A program made the translations under genes and the position numbers. The notes under the pieces were generated by a model. It made no database searches. It was not told where the DNA came from and saw only the letters and a list, made by a program, of their open reading frames with translations. Positions 37,701-47,800 of a DNA stretch of 64,000 bases are shown here, in pieces (the stretch's first letter is position 1; each line of letters begins with the position of its first letter). Where the stretch lies: assembly GCA_965637545.1 (NCBI GenBank), contig OZ281496.1, positions 8,246,001-8,310,000 of the forward strand, written 5' to 3'. Source of the DNA: Phallusia mammillata (taxonomy: Eukaryota).

Positions 37701-40700
37701 ACTTGGTGGCAACATCGAGTTAACCACTGAATCGTTTCCGATTGAAAATTGAACTGGTACTGAAAGCACGTCATCATCATACAAGCAACCTGGACCTGAA
37801 ACAACAAGCTTTTTCAAATTGTTGTAAAGCATAAGTTCTCAGTTGCATCAAATTATTTACTCACAAAAGTCAGTTTCTGTAATGATTTCCAATATTTTGT
37901 ACGTTGCAGCTTTAATCTCAGTTTCGGTTATTAAAACTCCATTTCTCCTACCAATTAAAATCGATTTTAGAAAAGTATTTTATTACAATGTTTGTTAGTA
38001 CAATGCCAAACCCTTCCTATTACCTTGAAATCATTGTGTAACCAAAAACTATATTTGATACAGCATTTTTAATTGACCATTCGAAAAAATAACTATTGCC
38101 GACGGGGTTGTATAAACTGATAATAGGCGTTCCAGATGATTTCCAAAGCTAAAAAGAAAAAAGTTAGAAATAAAAAAAAATACTAAGTTTTTATTAAGTT
38201 ATATCTTTTATTTATATAGGCAATCTTATAATATTTGTTTAGAAGAAAATAATGCAGGAAATATTTTCGTCTATGCTATCAAATTCAGAATTTGCAAATG
38301 TGTGTAAACTGCAGTGTAACTCAAGTAACAATTACCAAAAACAATTTTTAGTTTTTTATTGATTATCAGAAATTAATCGACAATCTTTTGGCTTTAAAAT
38401 AAATTTGAAGGTACGTATTAAAAACAATTCCAGTCATAACTGTATTATATTACCTGCGTAAACTCCGTGACTTGAAACTATCTACTGATATTAGGTAAAA
38501 CAAAGGTAAAACGTACCTCTGGATTATTGACATAAAACCAAACATCACACAAGCTGGCATATGACGTTCCATTTCTACATTGCGATTGAAAATGCAAAAA
38601 GAAATCGTTGATAGTGTGGTTTCCCTCGTAGAGAACTACTGAATCAGTTACTGGTCTTTGACTGTATAACTAAAACGAACAAAGTTTAAATGGATAATTG
38701 AAAAATGTCATAACGCAGTATAAACGTACTTCGAAATTCATGTAATCAAAACAGTGGTCAAAATTTCCGATACCAAACAAAGCAAAAAAGGGACGCATTT
38801 TTCGACTTGAACTCATTATGTTTCCAATGCCGCATCTTTTACAGTTGATTATTTAGTTAAATTTTAACAACAACAAAATTGCAATTTAAACATACGTAGC
38901 ATCCAAATCATAATACACATAACGATTATAATGATCAGAACAATCTATTTGATATTCGTATGGATAATTGCAACGATGTCTTGTGTAGAATCTGACCTGA
39001 ACAAACACTTTTGTTATAATTTCCTTGATCATATCAGAATGGCAATAGCATACCCTCATTCCGTAATTGTTTCCAAACAATTGACTATCATCCATCAAAT
39101 AAGAATGAGAACCATAGTTGTAAAAATAGTAATCAGTAATTAAACTCGTGATTTCTGTGGATTTTTTCTCAAGTCGATTCAACATTGAATTCACATCAGG
39201 ATAAAAAACTTTAAGCAAACATAAAACTTGCTTTAGTTTAGAGCGAATTAATTTACCAAAGTTGGGAAGATTCCCTGCATACGTTTTTTAGAGTTCAACC
39301 GCAGGCTAATATACACTTACTGTTAAAATACAGAAATTCATACATAATTATTTAGCGATTGGGACTTTCAACATTTATACTTTAGTGCACTTTAAAGGCA
39401 ATCAGTAATGCTGAGAGGTACATAATCTTATATTTGCAAAAGCTACATTTAAGGGTATTTCTTACCATTCTTGGAACTTATTTGATATCGAGAATTAAAC
39501 ATTTTTTGCATATTTCCTCCATAAAATTGCATAAATCCGTTCTCTGTTTGATATTGCAAAAAACTTTGCTCTCTGCTGATCTCTAGTGGTGTTTGGTTTA
39601 AAACATGACGTAACATAACATCTTTTCCCTGAAATTGATTTTTCCATTGTAAAAAATGGGTTAAGTCACTTTTTATCAATATTTGCCTGATATTCAAAAT
39701 AAGCTTGACTTTTAAAATCTGATCGTGTACAAGTAGAAAATGTTCCAAATGCGTTTGTGTTCATCCAATTTTGGTAATCTGGAATTCAAGAAGCACGTAA
39801 AATGTTTTCTTGCATTAGTACAATATAACTTACCTATAATATTATCGTTGTTGTTTGACGATGTAACAAACCACAAATCACTATAAATTTCTTCTAAACT
39901 TAAATCATTGTCGTTGATAGTTGCAGCGAGAATCCATCCACCACCACCAGCAACCATGTCACAGTAAACCTGTAAACAAAACTCGTTCGTAAGAGTACAT
40001 TTGTTATTCTAAAAGTTGCAATGATGTCATTGATGGATTGTCAGAAAAAAAAGACAGACCATCTTTTTTTACATTAAAGGCAGAATTCTCGTTAAAGGCA
40101 AAATTGTAAACAACTCTCAGACGCCAGGCCCAGTGAAGGCCTTTCACCGACTTAGCCGGTCACCAGATATTTTCCACATAGATTTTTCGGTATAACGCCA
40201 ACAATAGGCCTGGCGTGCTGTCATTTATATATGTGTGTGCCGTGATTGCTGGTGTGCATGAACGCTTCCGGGCTGGTCTGCAATCAAGTAAACATCGTCA
40301 TAAAATATAATTCCACACCTCAAACGATTTGAGTGACGGTTGTATGACGTAAATTCCATCTTTGAAGCCTGTGTCTCTCAGTTGAATACATGAACGAGCA
40401 GGATTTGGGAAAGTACCGAGCGGTGATTTTGTTGTCTCAGATTCTGTTGTGTTCAGAGTTGTTTGTCCTGTTGTCGGCGGTGCTGAGCAATACAGAAATT
40501 AAATTAAATATATCCTTTATTCATGCAAAACTACGACAACTTTGTCTAAGTGGCTCCTTCAGCAAATTTTTTATTCAGTTGTGTTTACAGTTGTTTGTCC
40601 AGTTGTCTGTGGTGCTGAGCAACAGAAACACTATTTTTAATGAAACTTTTAGTTCTACAACACTGCACTAACTTTATTTAAGTTTTCAACCTCCCGTAAT

Positions 40701-41825
40701 TATACTTGGAAAGTCGTTTATTCTTACATTTGTGTCAAAAAGAAACATATAAGACTTACATTTAGATTAAAATGTTTGATAACAGCTGACTGCATAATGG
40801 CTGGTTAATATTTTTTGGATATGTTTAAACCCAAACATTTATTTTCAGTCAAGCTTAAAGTTAAAAACGTTTACAAAAATCAGTCTGAAGTACTCGTCAG
40901 AAACTCGATTATGGTTTATGACTTACTGTGATCAGTTGCTTCGTCTAAGTTCTGAAACAATAAAACGTGCAGTTTGCAGTCAAACGCAACAAGTGTAACA
41001 AGTTAACTGCACCTGTTTTCCTGTGAAATTGAGTATCCCGAAAACTAGACCCAAAGCAGCCAGAATACCAACTGCGCACACCAAGACTACAATCCAGTTT
41101 GATGTGTTTGGTTTTGCAAAAAAAATTCTTGGACATTTTTTACCTGACTGCGTGTCGACAGTTTCTGTATAAAATAGAAGTCATTGTTTCTCTAAACGTA
41201 GCCTCTCCACCACAAAAAAACAGGAACTTTGTTGCATTAAAACCTATTGAAATAGGATTAGACTTAAAAATAAACTGTTTGAAATAAATTAACTGAGTTT
41301 GCAGGAGAAAACTGTTTTTTTTTGCGCTACAGTGGTCATAAATGATGCAACAACCGTAGTTTAAACACAGTTTAAAATATTGTTTGGTAGCACTCAACAC
41401 AGATTTAAAATGTACTGCGAGTGTTGTTTTTTTTATCAAGCATTTACAAAACAACTTACCAGAACTGTGTACAGTTTTAGGTGTTGGTGTTGTTTTAATG
41501 GATTCTTCATATACGTCTGTGGAAGATTCCACGTACACATTTGAGAAGGGCCCCTGTCGTTCTGGTTTGAAGGGGAAAAGTCACAGTAAATATTCGAGAG
41601 TAAGTATTTGTGGTTTGTGTTATGTTTCGACAAACATTTTAAATATGTTACACAGCATTTTGGACAGATGTAAACAAAAAAATTGAAGAGATTTTTTGCA
41701 AAGTTAAAAATATCCTTTAAAATATTACCTCGTTTCTTTCTGTTTGCTGCAGGCTGGTAACGACCTTGTTTGATCTCAATAGTTTCGTAGTCACCAGCAT
41801 CATTGTTCACATAAGTATGAGCCAT
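34778..41825 (-). CDS. Type II TM split-intelectin (fibrinogen-related) receptor, copy C, intact, 674 aa
   Basis: Exons 41729-41825, 41460-41561, 41013-41164, 40927-40951, 40319-40482, 39834-39969, 39687-39778, 39466-39628, 39054-39208, 38896-38996, 38730-38835, 38517-38669, 38024-38148, 37865-37947, 37618-37795, 34941-35029 and 34778-34881 splice into one open frame of 2025 nt. No signal peptide; TM is WIVVLVCAVGILAALGLVFGIL. Intelectin motifs in order: RSC..L...DG.Y, YCDM..GGGW.L.A, NW.N.N.FG, DFK...Y, L.Y....GF...GGN, GF.QFR, CIGG, C.DF, IFYR*. Confidence 0.85.
35235..37503 (+). mobile_element. 5'-truncated RTE-clade LINE (Expander/Rex3-like), antisense in an intron of copy C
   Basis: APE C-terminus plus RT (GLRQGCVLSPLLF) in 35244-36962 and RTE-type C-terminus (GRPRTRW) in 36959-37492. 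Short ATGA/GAT tail and 13-bp TSD GATTATTCAAATA (35222-35234, 37504-37516). An internal deletion near 36908 removes the catalytic FADD and shifts the frame. Confidence 0.9.
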
Positions 41826-44800
41826 GTTTGATTTCTGTTATAACCCGTAATACCTACCACTGACCTTCAACCTTAGCTGCATTAAGTATAACATACATAC
41901 AAATTTTGGGTGTTTATATTGCTTTCCTTCAAAAATTTCTCGGTTTAAAGTTTTGCATCTCTATTAAAACATAAGGAAACGCCCTAACTTCAACAGAAAG
42001 TAGTCCAAGCCTTATGTCTATTTTTCAAACTGCCGAAAACCTGACTCGATTTAAAGACCCGTTACCACGAATTACACCTTAAAAAGCATTGTATCGAAAT
42101 CACAAAGATTCTACCCTTTAGCTTTTTCCGGTCTCAACGTTTTATTGATAACATACGTCCGTGGTCTGAATCTTTTTTGATCTTGTTTCGTTTAATTCTG
42201 CTGAGGTACGTTGACTCAAACAAAATAATTAAATTAGAAGTCACACAATGGACAAGAACTTGCGTCATTGTAGACTATGTCCTAAAAGTTTCTCTCAGTT
42301 CATTTCAGTTAGAATTCTTAGTTACCAATTTGCAATCTTTTTTGAATTTCCGAATTAGATAGAAAGGTATTCACATTTCTCAACAGTTGTGTCTGTTTCA
42401 ACATTTTAACCAAGATTTAATTGGGTTAAACTAATAAATACAAAACGCATATGATCATTTCATAATCATTGCAATATTACCAAACTATACAATAGTATAC
42501 ATTTTTAAAACATTTAAATGACTGCTGTCTGCTCACGCATCGTGTTACAAATGCTAAACAGAAAGTAATGTACATCACGTTCAAGTGGTTTTAACGGTAG
42601 TAAACCTATCGCCTTAAAAGAGTCGTTATCACAAATGGTGTGCAATAAAACCGTCAGCAAGGTTGTTCAATGTTTGTTAGGGTCGTAAAAATCTCCGTAC
42701 TTGTATATTTTGCTGTTTCGCGTTGGGTTTTTGTGTACGAATTGTGTCTCGTACAATACAAACCCAAGTTAGTTTAAACCAGTCTAGTAATCCTGCTAAT
42801 GTTATGTTTAAAATCCAAGTGTTGGTAAAAGTTATGTTACAGAATATGGCGCAAACGCTTGCTACTAACAAACTTTGAAATGCAAAAACTAACAAATAGC
42901 AAACGCAAAAAGGGAACCTGTGGGTGTGTGATTGTATGACTATTTTTAACAGCATTGTTTCAAGTAAATAAACTGTTTCTGCCAGGCAAATTTGTAGCAC
43001 TTCCAGTAGCTACCACTGCGCTTTTTGTGTCTCATCGCCCTTGTTGCTTTGTAGCAACTCTGTGTTTTCAATTTATATCACTGATGATGGTGTCTCGTAT
43101 GGGACATCGAAATGTCGGCATATTATCAGAAAAACTGCTGGAAGAACTACAAGTTTGTTAAGTGTTTCTTCGGGCATTTAGCAATATAATAAAACGTTGT
43201 TGCTATTTACAACTGCTCAGAATATCCTTCTGCCTGCAACCGATAATGGGAACTGCCCCAATCTTTGAAATTTTTGACATTGTCGTAAAATTCTATGCAA
43301 CACCAAGCTTCATGCTCAGAGGAACCGCTTAGTCTCATCATCGCAGTTCAGTCTGACATACTTGGATGACGTTTTCAAGATATTTACAAAAGATTCCTAC
43401 AGGAAAAAATATTCATCTTGAACTAACAGCTTGACGACAAACACGACCTAGCGTCTTGAGAAATTTGCTTCTATATTTTTAAAAAAGTAGAGATTATGAT
43501 TTCGATTCTTCATGTAGACAGACAGCATTGTTACAAAACCAATACACTGTTACATGTTTAAGTTTATTACTACGTGATCAGGTTGCTTTTTTGAATGAGT
43601 TGCATCTAAACCCAACATAACGCAGCTTTACTGGACAAAACTTCAGCACTACGCAACTACTCAAATATACCGCTAGGTGGGATAAAGAGAGTCCAAAGCT
43701 CAAATCAAGATACTACTCATCCTGGAGCACTCACAATAAAAGCTTAGCAAAGTTGATATTATGCATTCTTCTTTAGTTTTTTTACATTTTGCGCTTGGAA
43801 ATTCTTCGTTAAAAGTTACCTATTTTAAATAAAAACACAAAACTAATAACTTTTTGGTTTATGGTAGTTTGTTTTATATTTCATATATTTTCATGTAACT
43901 TTATTTCATATAAGAATAATAAACTCGCCACACAAAGTAACAATACAGATAAAATTTCACAGCCCTTTTCTTTTTTGTTTCTGTTTTGAAAAGTTTTGGT
44001 TTAGACAAAGTTTTAGGCTAAAAATGGTTTTTATAGTATTTTGCATTTTCAAACGTGATGATTACGGTAAATCACCCTTAAGCAAAACACGGTCAAATTT
44101 AGCCTTAAAGTGGTAGCAGCTAACTACATTGTGACTGCCCGATTCCCTGCTTTCAAAACGACAGAAGATTCACATGTTAACAACATTTTTTGTGTCTTTT
44201 GCTTTCTTGCACTAACAATTAGCAGTTATGCATCATTTGGCACAGTACATTTTTTAAAATAGCCACCGTTGATAACAAGTGTTGTGATGACTTAAAATTT
44301 AAGTTGCTGAAAACATAATTGTAGGAACTCAGTTGCACTAAAACAATAACCAAGCCGGAAATAGCTGCTCAAACCTGAAACGCTATAGTGGAAGGCGCAA
44401 TTGGTGGACAATGTCTAAACGCGCTACAGCTGCTTCGTATTACAAATCGTTAAGCGAGGAAAACTTGAAACACAATAAGTTTGGCGCACTGTAAGCAAAA
44501 CTACAACTGTTGGAAACGTTGATTTGACCACTCAAGAGGGCTCAAAGCCGTTAAAGTAAACTTTCCCGTAATTAAATCTGTTTTATCACAACTAAGTTTG
44601 TGAATTGCTGTGTAAAATGTAGCTCATATTCATAGAAAACAACACTTAACCAGCATCAGTTTTGATAATATTGGAGAATTAAAGTTTCACTTATAAAACG
44701 TACTTTATGTAATTGTTGAGTAATTGTATTACATACGGAAAGCAATGTGAGCTTTACCCAAGGAATTTACCAACGACAAATGTTAGAATGCAAACACATA

Positions 44801-44832
44801 ACAATCTTGAGTATATGGGGAAAAACTTATAT

Positions 44833-47800
44833 CTACAGACGAATTTGTTTAGCTGTTGGGTTCAGGGAAATTTTGCTCCATACAAGGTAACCAGCTACCA
44901 TCACTACAGCAGCTAGAAGAACAAACATCCCAAGTTGGAAGATGTTGTGAGCTGCTTCATTGGCTTCATCTCTATCTCCTGCAGTGTCTGCAATAAAAAA
45001 ACGTTTAACTTAGATCTACACATATGAACGAGAACATATTTATTACATAAAATCTGCACTCAATTGAACTTTTAGGTTGGTCAACTTTAAACAATACTGT
45101 ATATATAAATATCATCGTACGCCAGACCTGGAACTGAACTTATATCTAATTAAGAACCTTAAAAAGGCATCTACATACAATATGAGTTAAACTAAATTTA
45201 TAAAGGGGCAAGCATTTATTAAGTTTACAACTTTTTGCTTTTAAAGATTTTGCCAGAGACTTTGGTTGCGTATTCAAAAAGCCAATATTCGCTTATCGAA
45301 ATAGGTATTGGAAATAGGAGATTAGAATAAGGTTGCAAGTTAAGTATAAATGATATTTCATTTGTTGTGCTGTTACCTTGCACATGCAAATACTTGGTAG
45401 TTTGTAGGATGTGCACTGGTCCTGTAGAAAGTCGTTGGTTGCGTCCATTGTTGTCAACAGATCGTCGACCTACACCTCCACATGTCTGCGAATAAATTAA
45501 TACACTCTAGTTATTGCATTAGGGATTTACCATTAAGTGTTTTAGTTTAAAAACTTGAAACAAATTTAGACACACCGAATCTGTCTAACTCTAAAAGATA
45601 ATAGTGACAAAAAACTCTTAGGTAAACTTTTAACTTGGTTAAGAGCATTTTCTAGTGTTTCATGTTTCGGAGAGAAATATTATCAACCCAACTCACCTGT
45701 CCAGGGCATTGTCCAGTTGAGTTTTGACAGACGGTCACGTCGCAGTGGATGTAGATAAATTGTTCTGCGTCGGTAAAGTTTGTCCACACAAAGCTCATCA
45801 CCTTGAATGTTGCAAAGTTGGATTCGTAATTTCGCATCAACATTTTTGCGTCGGCAGCCTCGCCCTCACTGGGTGGCGCGTCGCATCTAATATTTTGACA
45901 CGAGTTACGCACTGTCAAATAGGGAACGAAAGATAAGAAATAAATAATCAAATCGGTAATCCATTGAGAGTATACAAGTAAAGCTTACCCGCTTTGTACA
46001 ACCGGGTAGTTCGGCAAACCACTGGAGGTTTCAACGCGTGTGGCCCAACATTCTTCAAGCTGTGCACAAAAGTTGTAATTACAATCTATTCTGCGTAAAT
46101 GGAAAATTGGCGAGATCAAAACCAAATTACGAAGCCCGTTTGATAAACATCAGGTGAGGCACAACTTTGACATTTTCAAAAATATTCTGGAAGCTCTAAT
46201 CGATAATTCTTTGTTTCACAAGAATCTTTTTGTATTCAACGCACCCGAACAATATAGTCATCGCTGCTTGGAGAAATTTCATTTAGTCTGACTTCAGCAA
46301 AAATGTAGTTAGGTACAGTGACTTCTCCGGGCAAGCTTTCGTTGAAATGTTGGTTGGCAAAGAGATTGAGAGCGATATCAAAGTTTCCTGTATTCTGAGC
46401 TGAAATTTCAGCGGATCTACAAATAGGTTACATGTCTCAGAAATTGGTACTTTAGGCTTCAAGGTATCTTGATTTGAAATTTCAAGTTTCTATGGGTAAA
46501 AAGTAATGCACATTTTTCTGAGGATTTTGTCAAATTAACTGTAATTTCGAATTATTGTCTTTACCGTTTATTTTTTCCATGTTTTTTGACTAGCACTAAA
46601 AATCAAACTAAATTTCCTCAACAATTTCCTGCAAAAGCAACGCTTGTGTGTGGCATGTTTTTTTCGCATTAAATGACGTTTGTCATTTTTATATTTCGCA
46701 TATTGTTATTGTTGACTGTGGCATGTGACATGGGCTCCCGCATCGAATGACATGTGCCATGTTTATATTTCTGATGTGGTCTGCTTTTTGCTTTGGTTTC
46801 TCACCCTGCTTGTGGTTGGACGTGGGATGACGAGAGAAATAGGTCTGCTTCAAATAGACAAGTCACATTGAGCTTGTTTTGAACGTCACGTTGGATCACG
46901 GCAGAGGATGGAGCTAGGTATCTCCAGATCAGGAAAGACGCCGATACATTGCCGTTCTCATTCTGTCACATATACAAATTTAGAAGCTGATCAAAATGTA
47001 CAACAGCCAATCGCAACTTTATAGAATACAGACATTAAAGAGCTGAATACAATGTACACTTTCAATGCACACTTACTTTGATTTTGCTTTTGTAATGTAT
47101 TTTAACAACTGATATTTTTCGTGTCACCTTGTAGAAGGCTTCGCATTGGCCAATGTCAAACACGAACACTGGATCTGATCCCGTGACCTTGCAGCTGTCA
47201 TTGAGTTGAGAAGGGGGAGTTTCCCGGTTCAATGCGATGTAAAGTGTGTCACCGAGTTCGTAATCTAATGTCATCTGTTCATCAGCTGTGACTCTGCAAT
47301 GATCAGGTTTTTGCTATTTACAGATCAATTTAATTCAACATGTCTTCAAGGAATACATAGTAAAACCTTTTTTAGAACCACTATAAGAGAGAAAACAATG
47401 ACTAAGCATGACGTGACACTACTATTACATCAAATGTGTACAATATTGTAAGATGTATACATCGCTATTCTATCTTGAACATTATGTAGCCACGGTGTAG
47501 CTGCAGTGCGTTTAGCGCTCATCCGTCAATTGTGCCCTGCGCTGTTTTGCGCTCTATGACGTTTTAACGCTGCGCAGCTATTTCCGGCTTATTGATTGTT
47601 TTAATCCAGTGGTTCCCAAACTTTTTCATATTTTTTATCAAAACGGTCCCTTTGCCATTATTTCGACGGCTCGCGGTCCTTAAGCCTAAACGTGTATTTC
47701 ATAAAAACGAAAGTTGATTGCAGGGTTTTAGCTAGTTATGCAAAATTGCGCATAACAATCATCCAAATACAGCATATGACATCACAAACAAGACAAAAAA

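Noticed and set aside
38455-38480. Extra 24-nt microexon in copy C
   Set aside because: It would need a ~39-nt intron, and the flanking exons already join in frame without it.
42677-43000. 107-aa ORF with a hydrophobic stretch
   Set aside because: No recognisable motif, no paralog in the array and no phase-consistent neighbours. T-rich sequence readily yields hydrophobic translations.
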